A stretch of 64,000 nucleotides of DNA from Candidatus Poribacteria bacterium (GCA_022821965.1 JAJECN010000037.1:145656-209655), one strand, 5' to 3'; numbered from the stretch's first letter, positions 9,079 to 18,672 are shown. Notes: generated by a model from the letters alone, not told the origin. Numbers and translations: made by a program.

Positions 9079-9838
9079 TAAAAACATGAATAAAGACAGA
9101 TTACGCACGATCATTGAAGGGAATATCTGCAGCGGTCTCATTCAGTTTCTGATTCTTGCTTCCGCTGTCGTTTTTGTGGTGGAATCTGATAGTGAAGACC
9201 CACACGCACTTCACTTTATTGTTGTGGATGGGATGTTTTTTGTCCTATTTTCGATAGAATACATCCTGCGCGTCTACATTGAACCGAGAAAACGGGATTT
9301 CATTTTCAGTTTCTACGGCATAATAGATCTGCTTGCTATTTTACCCTCCTTGTTTCTGCTGCCGGGGTTCCGTGTTCTTCGGATATTACGGTTCCTACGA
9401 ATTTTCAGAATCTTCAAAGCGACCCGATTTATTCTTGCAGTTGATCGATTGACTGAAGCACTCAGCGAAATCCGGCGAGAACTCTTGGCACTGGTTATTC
9501 TGTCATTGATGTTAGTCTATCTCGCTGCATGTGGTATCCACTATTTTGAAAAAGATGCGCAACCTGAAGATTTCGGCTCCATCTTCGATTCCATGTGGTG
9601 GGCTATCGTGACACTAACAACAGTCGGTTACGGAGATGTCTTCCCGAAAACCGCAGGTGGGAAGACCTTCACAGCACTTGTCACTCTTGTTGGTGTAGGA
9701 CTCATTGCGATTCCATCCGGGCTGTTAGCCTCAGCTTTGACGGAGGCACGGGTGGAACGCGAACAAATAGAGAAAGAAGAAAAAAACGCAGAAAATCAAT
9801 CCATGGAAGGCAATGACGACCCCCATGCAAACGAATAG
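9065..9838 (+). CDS. Voltage-sensor-containing K+ channel (Kv/KvAP-like ion transport protein)
   Basis: S4-like helix FRVLRILRFLRIFRIFKATRF with a basic residue every third position. Selectivity filter TLTTVGYGD. About six hydrophobic segments. Start taken at ATG 9065, in frame with ORF 8810..9838. Confidence 0.85.
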   Translation: MTDNSKNMNKDRLRTIIEGNICSGLIQFLILASAVVFVVESDSEDPHALHFIVVDGMFFVLFSIEYILRVYIEPRKRDFIFSFYGIIDLLAILPSLFLLPGFRVLRILRFLRIFRIFKATRFILAVDRLTEALSEIRRELLALVILSLMLVYLAACGIHYFEKDAQPEDFGSIFDSMWWAIVTLTTVGYGDVFPKTAGGKTFTALVTLVGVGLIAIPSGLLASALTEARVEREQIEKEEKNAENQSMEGNDDPHANE

Positions 9839-10610
9839 CGACAACGGTTCGCAAAACACGCCTGTAATTGAGATTAGTGACTTGAAGGTGCGCTATGGCG
9901 ATAGTCCAGCCTTGAACGGTATCTCATTTGATGTCTACCAAAATGAGATTCTCGGTATCATCGGTCCCGCGCAGTCTGGTAAGACGACGCTTCTGAAAGT
10001 TATCAACAGGACCCTTGAATTGACACCCGATACAACTGTAGAAGGTTCCGTAAAACTGGATGGTGTGGACATCAGGACAATTGGTGATGTATACGGCTTA
10101 CGCCGACGTATCGGTATGGTGCTCCCTTTACCAGTCGGGCTGCCACTTTCCATATACGATAACGTTGCCTTCGCCCCTCGAACTGCGGGAATTCGAGCGA
10201 AATCGGAGCTGGATGAAATCGTTGAGCGATGCCTGCAGCAAGCGGCACTCTGGGACGAAGTAAAAGACCGATTAGATTCGCTTGGCACCAAATTATCAGG
10301 AGGACAACAGCAACGTTTGACAATCGCTCGTGCGCTTTCGCATCAACCGGAGATTCTCTGTCTCGACGAATTTTCTATTGCTGTCGATCCTGTTACAACA
10401 ATGCGCATTGAAGAGGTACTAAAAACGTTACAGACAGAAATGACGATTTTGCTCGTCACGAACTTAGTGCAACAGGCGAAACGATTGGCAAACCGCACTG
10501 CTTTTTTTCTCAACGGCGATCTCATTGAAATTGACACAACAGATGTAATTTTTTCCGAAAATCCATCAAACCAAGCCACGTATGACTATGTAAACGGGAC
10601 ATTTGGGTAA
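9813..10610 (+). CDS. PstB-like ABC ATPase, paralogue 1 (Q-loop and H-loop degenerate)
   Basis: Walker A GPAQSGKT, canonical signature LSGGQQQRL and Walker B ILCLDE are present. The Q-loop Gln is absent (GMVLPLP) and the H-loop His is replaced (LLVTNLVQQA). The C-terminus ...YVNGTFG is PstB-like. Confidence 0.85.
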   Translation: MTTPMQTNSDNGSQNTPVIEISDLKVRYGDSPALNGISFDVYQNEILGIIGPAQSGKTTLLKVINRTLELTPDTTVEGSVKLDGVDIRTIGDVYGLRRRIGMVLPLPVGLPLSIYDNVAFAPRTAGIRAKSELDEIVERCLQQAALWDEVKDRLDSLGTKLSGGQQQRLTIARALSHQPEILCLDEFSIAVDPVTTMRIEEVLKTLQTEMTILLVTNLVQQAKRLANRTAFFLNGDLIEIDTTDVIFSENPSNQATYDYVNGTFG

Positions 10611-10624
10611 ATTGGCTATCAAAA

Positions 10625-11410
10625 ATGAACTCGCAAATTACTCTTATGAATTATAGTATTGAAGCTGAGAATCTTAACCTCTGGTATGGTGATTTTCAGG
10701 CACTCATTGATGTTAACGTGAAAATACCAGGCGGTCAGATAACGTCGCTTATTGGTCCCTCTGGATGTGGGAAATCAACGTTACTTCGCTGCTTTAACCG
10801 CGTCAATGAACGCTACGGTAACGTTACGACAAAGGGAAAAATTGAGGTTTTAGGAAAAAACATCTACGACGCAGATGTTTCTTTGCCGGAACTTCGGAAA
10901 GCTGTCGGTATGGTATTTCAGAGACCGAACCCGTTGCCGATTTCGGTTTACGAAAACATCCTATTCGGATTGCGTATTCACTCGCCAATCCGGAGTATGA
11001 CACGAACAGAATCGGATCAGATTGTTGAGGAGGCACTGACATCTGTTTTCCTCTGGGAGGACTTGAAAGATAACTTAAAGGTGCGAGCAACATCACTCCA
11101 ACTTGAACAGCAGCAGAAACTCTGTATCGCCCGCCTGTTACCGCTTAAACCGAAAATTATTCTGATGGATGAACCCTGCTCAGCGTTAGATGCAAAAGGC
11201 ACAGGGGCAGTTGAAGAATTAATGGAAATCCTTGCGGGGACGTATACATTTCTAATCGTGACACATAACATGGCACAAGCGCGCCGCGTCAGCAAAGAGT
11301 GTATCTTCATGTTCCTCGGTGAACTGATTGAACACAGAGAAACGCAAGCACTGTTTGAAGACCCGCAACACGAGAAAACCGAGGATTACGTGCAGATGCG
11401 ATACGGGTAA
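10625..11410 (+). CDS. pstB: PstB phosphate-import ATPase, paralogue 2 (catalytic motifs intact, signature degenerate)
   Basis: Walker A GPSGCGKS, Q-loop VGMVFQRPNP, Walker B IILMDEP, D-loop SALD and H-loop IVTHNMAQA are all intact. The ABC signature reads LQLEQQQKL instead of LSGGQQQRL. Confidence 0.9.
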   Translation: MNSQITLMNYSIEAENLNLWYGDFQALIDVNVKIPGGQITSLIGPSGCGKSTLLRCFNRVNERYGNVTTKGKIEVLGKNIYDADVSLPELRKAVGMVFQRPNPLPISVYENILFGLRIHSPIRSMTRTESDQIVEEALTSVFLWEDLKDNLKVRATSLQLEQQQKLCIARLLPLKPKIILMDEPCSALDAKGTGAVEELMEILAGTYTFLIVTHNMAQARRVSKECIFMFLGELIEHRETQALFEDPQHEKTEDYVQMRYG

Positions 11411-11433
11411 GAATAGCGATCAGCCAAGAGATC

Positions 11434-11506
11434 GTTTGTCAGTTAGAAACGCCTGCAACCGCCACAAGGGGTTCTGACAACTAAAAGCGCAGCGCCCTGA
11501 TAACTA
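11434..11506. repeat. Short heptad-type palindromic element, copy 3
   Basis: GTTTGTCAGTTAG at 11434-11446 faces CTGACAACTA at 11474-11483 and CTGATAACTA at 11497-11506. Confidence 0.6.
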
Positions 11507-11510
11507 TATC

Positions 11511-12335
11511 ATGAATTCCTTGATGACACGTCCAAAACTCAGAAAAAAAATTATTTTGCTGAGTATTACTGTTATAATAGAGATTGTCGCGCTTATTTTC
11601 TTTTGGAATGCCCTGAAAAAAACAGATGTAACGAATGGACAAGCGTCGCCAGCATTGGGCACTTCAGGCGGATTACCGAACCTGCTCGGCGATCTCAATC
11701 TCATTCTACCCATCAGTTTTTTAGTTATTTTGCTTGGGATCGCGTGTGCCTTTTACGTAGAAGAATGGCTTTCAGCGACAAATTGGGTGCGGCGTTTCAT
11801 CGAAAGTCAGGTCGCCTTTTTGACGGGCATCCCTTCACTTTTGTATGGACTTTTGGCGGTCGCTGTTTTCTTCGGCTACGCTGGCGTTTTCAAAGCGACT
11901 CTTCAGAATGCGGAAGGATCCGCTTTAGCAGGAACGCCTTTTCAGCGTAACACCGCGTTATTTTACACGGAGACGTTAATCTTTATTTTGACCGTAATGC
12001 CAGTTGCTATCAAGACGACGCAGACAGCACTCCGCTCAGTGGAAACACCAATCCGTGAATCCGCTTATGCGTTAGGTGCCACCCAATGGCAAGTTTTAAC
12101 GAAACAGGTTGTGCCACGTGCTTTTCCACGGATGCTTGCGGGAGGGTGTAGGGCAATGGCGCGTGCATTCGCCGCGGCTGCATTGCTCGTTGGTATTTAT
12201 GCATGGAGTCATACAATGGAACTCAGAGGGTTCCCCGACAGATTCATGCTGTTTTTAGGCGGGGCACTGTTATTGAGTAATGCCTCCAGTTTCCTTACGG
12301 AAATATATGTCCCTGCTTCAACACAACACAATTGA
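11511..12335 (+). CDS. Second, divergent PstA-like ABC permease
   Basis: 274 aa, multi-TM. FYVEEWLSATNWVRRFIESQVAFLTGIPSLLYGL and RESAYALGATQWQVLTKQVVP match the PstA layout but are strongly diverged. Confidence 0.7.
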   Translation: MNSLMTRPKLRKKIILLSITVIIEIVALIFFWNALKKTDVTNGQASPALGTSGGLPNLLGDLNLILPISFLVILLGIACAFYVEEWLSATNWVRRFIESQVAFLTGIPSLLYGLLAVAVFFGYAGVFKATLQNAEGSALAGTPFQRNTALFYTETLIFILTVMPVAIKTTQTALRSVETPIRESAYALGATQWQVLTKQVVPRAFPRMLAGGCRAMARAFAAAALLVGIYAWSHTMELRGFPDRFMLFLGGALLLSNASSFLTEIYVPASTQHN

Positions 12336-13144
12336 CTCGGAGACGCGAGCCTAACTTTCTTACGGTACCAGTGATGCAAACCGAAAAAGAGCAATCCATC
12401 TTGAGTATCCGTGACTTAAGTGTATGGTACGGTGATAATCAAATCCTGAAGTCTCTCTCGTTTGAGGTTCAGCAGGGACAGGTGACTGCGCTTATCGGAC
12501 CTACGAACTGCGGTAAAAGCGCGCTTGTGCGGTGCCTCAATCGTTTAAATGACTTTACACCGGATTTCAGGTTCACCGGTGAAATACTTTTTAAGGGCAG
12601 CGACATGTATGCTGAAAAGACAGACACCGCTGCTATTCGGAAACAGATTGGGATGGTCTTCCGAAAACCGAGACCGTTTCAGTGTTCCATCTATGAAAAT
12701 GTGGCGTATGGTGCTCGGATTTCAGGCATAAGCCAATCTTCACAACTGGATGACATCGTTCAGAAGAACCTTCAAAAAACGTGCCTCTGGGATGAGGTTG
12801 AATCTATTTTGGACGAAACACCGGAACAGCTTTCTACAGGACAGCAGCAACTGCTCTGTATTGCGCGTGCCTTAGCGGTTGAACCAGACATTCTAATACT
12901 TGATGAACCGTGTGGTGAACTCGATCCGATTGAGACCGTCAAAATTGAAACACTCGTCCGGGATCTCACAAAGGACTACACGCTCATCTTTGCCACCAAC
13001 AAAAGAAGGCAAGCCGCCCGTATTTCTGATGCTGCAGGGTTTCTCTACTGCGGTGAATTAATTGAATTTGGAATGACGGAAAGGATTTTTACAAATCCTC
13101 AGGATACCAAAACAGAACAGTACGTGACAGGAAAATTAGGTTGA
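12332..13144 (+). CDS. PstB-like ABC ATPase, paralogue 3 (Q-loop, H-loop and signature degenerate)
   Basis: Walker A GPTNCGKS and Walker B ILILDEP are present. Q-loop is VFRKPRP (Q to R), signature LSTGQQQLL, H-loop LIFATNKRRQA (no His). The TTG start at 12332 overlaps the upstream stop; ATG 12374 (MQTEKEQ...) is an alternative start. Confidence 0.85.
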   Translation: MTRRREPNFLTVPVMQTEKEQSILSIRDLSVWYGDNQILKSLSFEVQQGQVTALIGPTNCGKSALVRCLNRLNDFTPDFRFTGEILFKGSDMYAEKTDTAAIRKQIGMVFRKPRPFQCSIYENVAYGARISGISQSSQLDDIVQKNLQKTCLWDEVESILDETPEQLSTGQQQLLCIARALAVEPDILILDEPCGELDPIETVKIETLVRDLTKDYTLIFATNKRRQAARISDAAGFLYCGELIEFGMTERIFTNPQDTKTEQYVTGKLG

Positions 13145-13167
13145 GGACTGACAACCTGTGAAAAGAT

Positions 13168-13809
13168 ATGTTAGAACACGAAATCACGGGACTTCAGCAT
13201 AAACTCTTAGAAATGGCAGGGCTTGTGGAACAGATGCTGCGCCAAGCTATCGAATCTGTTTTAACACGGGATAACGAGTTAGCGCAGATCGTTGTTGCTA
13301 CAGATGATCAAATTGACCTACTTGAGAATGAAATCGAATCATCGTGCATCCAACTGATCGCGCTCCATCAGCCAGTAGCGACCGAACTCCGATTTCTAAC
13401 AACAGCGATGAAGGTGAACCACAACATCGAAAGAATAGCGGATAAAAGCGTTGCTATCGCCAAACGGAGCATTGAGTTGTCAGAACATCCACCGGTCAAA
13501 CCCTTCGTAGATTTGCCATACGCGGCACAAGTAATTCAGTCGATGGTAAAGGACGTGCTGGATGCCTTCGTCAATCGAGATGCCGAATATGCCCTAAAAA
13601 TTCGAGAGCGGGACAGTGAGGTTGATGAAATCTATGAAAAAATGCTGAATGAACTGCTGACTATTTTGAGCGAACACCCCAAACTTATCCAACCCGGTAT
13701 CAGCCTTCTGCTTCTCTTCCGACATTTGGAACGGATAGGCGACCTTGCGGCACACATCGGCGAAGAGGTTTATTACCTCGTCAAAGGCGATGTTATCCGA
13801 CATTCCTAA
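13168..13809 (+). CDS. phoU: Phosphate signalling complex protein PhoU
   Basis: 213 aa with two PhoU repeats carrying E/D-xxxD motifs (NHNIERIADKS and RHLERIGDLAAHI). Last gene of the pst cluster. Confidence 0.9.
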   Translation: MLEHEITGLQHKLLEMAGLVEQMLRQAIESVLTRDNELAQIVVATDDQIDLLENEIESSCIQLIALHQPVATELRFLTTAMKVNHNIERIADKSVAIAKRSIELSEHPPVKPFVDLPYAAQVIQSMVKDVLDAFVNRDAEYALKIRERDSEVDEIYEKMLNELLTILSEHPKLIQPGISLLLLFRHLERIGDLAAHIGEEVYYLVKGDVIRHS

Positions 13810-13979
13810 ATTGCTATAACATCTCCCACCAATAGTGAGTCCGTAGGTTGGGTTGAACGGGACTGATCCAAAACGCCATAGAGAAAATAGACCTTCATAG
13901 ACCTCAAGAAGACTAAAATCACCAAAGCATGAGTGAAACCCAACCTAATGTCTAAATCAAACCCATGTTAGTAGTACAT

Positions 13980-14006
13980 AAAAAGGCGAGGCACGGAGAC
14001 CTCGCC
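13980..14006 (-). terminator. REP-like hairpin acting as a probable intrinsic terminator
   Basis: The minus strand reads GTAAGGCGAGG-tctccgtg-CCTCGCC followed by TTTTT, about 40 nt after the stop of the 14046..14825 gene. Confidence 0.55.
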
Positions 14007-14045
14007 TTACATTGAAACATGAAAATATCTTACAGGAAGTTCACG

Positions 14046-14825
14046 CTACGCTGGAAGCATCTCAACTGCTCTAAAGAAATCGGCGTTTGACGCACTAAAC
14101 CCGTACTGCTGTTCCACCTCCCGAATAGCGATCTCTGTTGTGAACAGATTATCATACGTATCGGGAAACTCAACCCCCGTCGTGGCATCACGGAAAAGGA
14201 TGATATTATAGCCATAGCGTGCCATCGAACGGATACCGTAATCCCTGCCCAACACACACCAATTTGTTGCGAAACCAGCGAAGAGCAGATGCAAGATATG
14301 CCGCTCTTCCAAGAGTTCATGCAACTGCTGCCCCGTTGCAATGACAAAATCTTCCGGTTTCACATCAATCGCGGGTGAGACAGCCAGTTGTGATGCGAGT
14401 TTGTTCCAATGGATATCGATACTGGGTGGTTGACTACGGGGACCGCGATAAACGGCGTAGTCCCCCTCGCGGCTTCGGAAATCGGAAGGTGGCCATGCCG
14501 AAGGCGTAGACGGCTCAGGCGGTTTGTGCCGTTCAAGTTGCGGATATTGCGCTGCTACCGATGGAGAAGGGGCATGAACGATTGTCAAACCCGCTTCCCG
14601 TGCGGCATTTATCACAGGCACAACGCACTCCTTTGTTATCTGTGCCGCACGTTCTATCCAGCTTTCGATGAAATGCACGTTCCACAAATCAACGAGGACC
14701 AAAGCGGTCTCATCAACCGGTAACGGCATCTCAAACTCACGTCGGATAAAAGCCGTTTCACGGCATGGTACGTCTGCCGGCGTGCTATCCTGAAAATATC
14801 GGACGCGTAAATTCAGTTCTTTCAC
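14046..14825 (-). CDS. Isochorismatase-family cysteine hydrolase
   Basis: ALVLVDLWN and FAGFATNWCVLGRDYGIRSMARYGYNIILFRDATTG match the isochorismatase-like fold, including the catalytic Cys context. Confidence 0.7.
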   Translation of the reverse strand: MKELNLRVRYFQDSTPADVPCRETAFIRREFEMPLPVDETALVLVDLWNVHFIESWIERAAQITKECVVPVINAAREAGLTIVHAPSPSVAAQYPQLERHKPPEPSTPSAWPPSDFRSREGDYAVYRGPRSQPPSIDIHWNKLASQLAVSPAIDVKPEDFVIATGQQLHELLEERHILHLLFAGFATNWCVLGRDYGIRSMARYGYNIILFRDATTGVEFPDTYDNLFTTEIAIREVEQQYGFSASNADFFRAVEMLPA

Positions 14826-16969
14826 TTTGGCTCCTGAAATAGCGATTCGTCAAGTTCAGCGTTCATTGTGACGCTGCTTATATGGGTTTCCGTGAACTGT
14901 TCACCCTCTACATTCTGGACGAGATGATACGGGATTTTGACCCCGTCTACATCGCGATAATCGTCCATGAGGGATTCCTTATTCAGTGTAACGCCCTGTT
15001 CCGTCTCGCGGAATTCCATTTTCACTATATAGTGCGTCTCTTCACTGATGAAGACTTTGAGCATTTCACCCGAAGGCTGTTTGACAAGAACTATGGCAGT
15101 GGGTTTTCCCATTACCTCTTCTGTCCCAGTGTATTGGACAGAGCTGTCCTGCATAAGATTCACAAGCAGCCAAACCGGCTCTCTGAAAATTCCATCTTTC
15201 AAGGAAGCCGTCATTTCCGGCGGTAAGGGTTGCGGTCCCATAGGGGTCATCGCAAATCCAGAAGTCCCATCGAAGGCAACACTCATTTCTCCTTGGGGCA
15301 TCTTGATATCCTGCCGGAGTTTGTTCGGATAGACCTGGTATATCTTTACATCAAGGTTCATCGGTCCCATCGGTGAATTAGCTGCAGTGCGTCCCTCCAC
15401 AACAATATTTTTCACCGCCTGCAATTTCTCAAGTCCACCGTGTGCGTCAACTGCCATCGCGATGATCTCTTTCGCTTTCACCATGTCGTCTTCACTCGCT
15501 TCAGGCATCGGTTCCGCGGGGGGTGGAGGTGCCGGCTGCTCTATCTCAATCTCGTTGACCTTTCCGAATTCATCAAGTGCCCGGTCAAAATTGGCTTTGT
15601 TTCCGACAGTGACAATCGTGAGCGCATCTGGATCGAGATATTTCTGCGCGACCGCCTGCACATCCGCTGCTGTGACCTTAGCAATGTTATCGGTAAAGGT
15701 TTCAAGAAAACCTGGTGCGTAACCGCGATAGTCAAGCATCATCTGTTGAAAAGCGATTTGCGAACTGCTCTCAAATCCAAAGACAAACGAATTGATGAGC
15801 GAGTCTTTGGTGCGCTGCAGCTCGGCTTCCGGTACAGGTTCATCTCGGAGTCCCTTGACGACACCAATGATGAGCGAAATCGCCTCTGCCGTTTTCTCGG
15901 TACGGGTCTGTGAATAAGCAAACCATTCACCCGGATTTGTGTAGTAACTTGTTTGCATGATGCTGCCTACCATGTAGGCAAGACCGTGTTTCTCGCGCAC
16001 TTCCCGCATAAGGCGAGACGTGAACCCGCCTTCACCGAGTATATCGTTCATGACCCGAAGTGCAAAGAAGTCGGGGAAATCAGGTGTGCGCTTGATGCCG
16101 AAATGCCCGATTAACATCACTGACTGCGGAAGATTTTTGAAAATATAATTAACGGACGGTTTCGGCGTAGGATCCACGGTTGGAACATCAGGAAACGCAA
16201 TATCTGCGGGTTCCCAGCCCTTAAACACTTTTTCCAGTTGTGCGATCAAGGTTTCCGTTTCAAAGTCACCGGTAATCGCGAGCATCATGTTGTCGGGATG
16301 GTAATACTTCGCATGAAAGGCTTTGAGATCATCAACAGTGATACTTTCTATGCCCTCAATTTCGGTATACCACCCGAAGGGATGATCGGTTCCGTAAAGC
16401 AGTGCGGAGAAGTTGCGCCACGCAAGTTGAATAGGGTCATCATTGCGGCGACGGATACGTTCGACCGACTGCTGCTTGCGGAGTTCCAATTTGTCTTCAC
16501 GAAATGCGGGATTCCTGAGTACATCCGCAAAGATTTCCAATCCTTTCTCGATGTCTTCTGCGAGTGTTGAGAGATTAATGGTCCCATACTCACGGGACAT
16601 GCCGACTTCAACAGAAGCCGCCATTGATTCTAATTCCTCGTTCAGTGCGTCCGGTTCACGCGATACCGTGCCACCTGTTCGCATAACGGTTGCGAATATT
16701 GATGATAAACCCACCTTATCCGCAGGATCGTAGATGTTCCCGGTCTTAATCAAGCCGCTGATGTTGAAAAGTGGTAACTCATGATCCTCAAGGAGGTAGA
16801 GCTTCATCCCATTTGAGAGCATCCGTTTCTCTGGAACGGGCGGTTTAAACTCAATCGGTTCAAAGGTGAGTTCTTCGTGTGGTTTCGCGAGTGTAGACGG
16901 AATACCCCACACGATAAGGCAGGCAATCAGCGTCGCGATGCCCAATCCGGTAAAGGTTTGTTTCTTCAT
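14822..16969 (-). CDS. M16-family peptidase-like protein (no HXXEH) with a C-terminal LolA-like extension
   Basis: 715 aa. The N-terminal ~460 aa are colinear with M16 peptidases but lack the zinc motif. The last ~230 aa form an additional beta-rich domain. The gene overlaps both neighbours by 1-4 nt, suggesting an operon. Confidence 0.8.
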   Translation of the reverse strand: MKKQTFTGLGIATLIACLIVWGIPSTLAKPHEELTFEPIEFKPPVPEKRMLSNGMKLYLLEDHELPLFNISGLIKTGNIYDPADKVGLSSIFATVMRTGGTVSREPDALNEELESMAASVEVGMSREYGTINLSTLAEDIEKGLEIFADVLRNPAFREDKLELRKQQSVERIRRRNDDPIQLAWRNFSALLYGTDHPFGWYTEIEGIESITVDDLKAFHAKYYHPDNMMLAITGDFETETLIAQLEKVFKGWEPADIAFPDVPTVDPTPKPSVNYIFKNLPQSVMLIGHFGIKRTPDFPDFFALRVMNDILGEGGFTSRLMREVREKHGLAYMVGSIMQTSYYTNPGEWFAYSQTRTEKTAEAISLIIGVVKGLRDEPVPEAELQRTKDSLINSFVFGFESSSQIAFQQMMLDYRGYAPGFLETFTDNIAKVTAADVQAVAQKYLDPDALTIVTVGNKANFDRALDEFGKVNEIEIEQPAPPPPAEPMPEASEDDMVKAKEIIAMAVDAHGGLEKLQAVKNIVVEGRTAANSPMGPMNLDVKIYQVYPNKLRQDIKMPQGEMSVAFDGTSGFAMTPMGPQPLPPEMTASLKDGIFREPVWLLVNLMQDSSVQYTGTEEVMGKPTAIVLVKQPSGEMLKVFISEETHYIVKMEFRETEQGVTLNKESLMDDYRDVDGVKIPYHLVQNVEGEQFTETHISSVTMNAELDESLFQEPK

Positions 16970-18486
16970 TATTCGCTGCCCTCCGTATCTTCACCGGCGG
17001 GTGCTGCTGCCTCTTTTTTAACGAGTGTACCGACGGTGCGGTTGCTTTTCGTGAAATAGGTTTTTGCGACTCTCATAATATCTTCTGGCGTAACTTTGTA
17101 TATGTTTTCACGCCAATCCAAAATATAACGCCAATCGCCAGCGATCGCTTCAAAGAAGGTGAGTTGACGTGCCATACCTGCGTTCGAGCTGAGGCCTCGG
17201 ATGAAGCTGGCATCCACCTGTTTGAGAATCCGTTTGAATTCTTTCTCGACAACGGGTTCGGTCTTGAGCCTTTCAAGTTCGGCGTAAATTGCTTCTTCAA
17301 GGTCAACAGTTGTGTGTGGTGATCGTGGTGCACCATCTATAACGAAAAGATTGTCGTAGCGCGCGCCCGGATATCCGTTCAATGAATCAGCAGAGATGGC
17401 TATCCCTTTCTCAACGATGTTTTTGTAAAACCGAGAGGTGCGTCCATCGGAAAGGATTGCACTGATAAAATCCAGTACATAGTCGTCGAAATGTGGAATT
17501 GTCGGTTTATGGTATCCAATCATGATTTGAGGTTCGGCATCAAATTCGACTTCCACACGACGTTCACCTTCCTGTGGCAGTTCCTTAGTTGTCACTTCGG
17601 GAGGGAGCGGCTGTGAGGGTATATCACCGAAATGCTTCTCAATGAGCGAGATGGTTTCGTCTATGTCGATATTTCCGATAATAGCCATGACAGAGTTATT
17701 AGGGGCGTAGTGGATACGAAAAAACTCTTCCGCCTTGCGCCGATTCAGCATGGCAATATCCGAGGGCCATCCGATAATCGGTATGCCGTAAGGGTGTGCG
17801 GTGAATGCAGTAGCCATAAACTGTTCATAGAGTTTACCACCCGGTTGGGTATCAACGCGCATCCGGCGTTCCTCTTTGACTGCCTCACGTTCGACATAAA
17901 ATTCGCGTAGGACAGCGTTTTTCAACCGATCTGACTCCAGTGTTGCCCACAACTCTAACTTATTAGACGGCAATTCGACTATGTAAATTGTATAATCAAC
18001 AGAGGTGCCAGCGTTGAATCCGGTGCTACCGTGTTGTGTGTAAATTTCGGTATATTCGCCAGTGACGATCCACTCTTTTGCGAGTTCCTGTTGCGTTTTG
18101 AGTGCCTCTTCTAATTCGGCTATTTTTTCAGCGTCTGCTCTGGAACCTTTGGCACGCTCTATGTCGAGTGCGTCACCTATCCGATCAATTTCGGCAAGCA
18201 CTACTTTTTCTTTTTCATAGTCCTTTGTGCCGATCGTTTTCGTGCCTTTGAACAACATGTGTTCGAGCATGTGGGCGATACCGCGTGTATCATCTGATTC
18301 ATCCACAGAACCCGCTTTAAAGAGGATGTACGGTGCGATCGTAGGAGAGGTGTCGCGTTTGATCATCAATAATTTCAGACCGTTCGGAAATATATGCTCC
18401 ACCACCCGATCTGCAAGATCTTGTGCTGATGCTATCCCATGCAAAGCAACGAGGAATAGAACCAGCAAATAACGTATCTGTTTCAT
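16969..18486 (-). CDS. M16-family zinc metallopeptidase (pitrilysin/insulinase type)
   Basis: HMLEHMLFKGT contains the inverted zinc motif HXXEH. A signal peptide is present. Confidence 0.9.
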   Translation of the reverse strand: MKQIRYLLVLFLVALHGIASAQDLADRVVEHIFPNGLKLLMIKRDTSPTIAPYILFKAGSVDESDDTRGIAHMLEHMLFKGTKTIGTKDYEKEKVVLAEIDRIGDALDIERAKGSRADAEKIAELEEALKTQQELAKEWIVTGEYTEIYTQHGSTGFNAGTSVDYTIYIVELPSNKLELWATLESDRLKNAVLREFYVEREAVKEERRMRVDTQPGGKLYEQFMATAFTAHPYGIPIIGWPSDIAMLNRRKAEEFFRIHYAPNNSVMAIIGNIDIDETISLIEKHFGDIPSQPLPPEVTTKELPQEGERRVEVEFDAEPQIMIGYHKPTIPHFDDYVLDFISAILSDGRTSRFYKNIVEKGIAISADSLNGYPGARYDNLFVIDGAPRSPHTTVDLEEAIYAELERLKTEPVVEKEFKRILKQVDASFIRGLSSNAGMARQLTFFEAIAGDWRYILDWRENIYKVTPEDIMRVAKTYFTKSNRTVGTLVKKEAAAPAGEDTEGSE

Positions 18487-18623
18487 CTTTCATTAGCGGC
18501 ACCCTTTCTCAACAGAGGCCCGATATCGGGCAGCACCGCTTCCTTTCCTTTCAAAGCCCTCAGTTAGAAAATAGGGCTGTTGGCATTTTCAAGTAAAAAA
18601 AATAAAAAATAAGGAATACAATA

Positions 18624-18661
18624 GAAAACGGAAAAGAAGCCTCAACTATGGAATTGAGGCT
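18624..18661 (-). terminator. Rho-independent terminator
   Basis: The minus strand reads AGCCTCAA-ttccatag-TTGAGGCT followed by a T-rich tract (CTTTTCCGTTTTC), directly after the stop at 18673. Confidence 0.6.
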
Positions 18662-18672
18662 CCTCCAACGCT

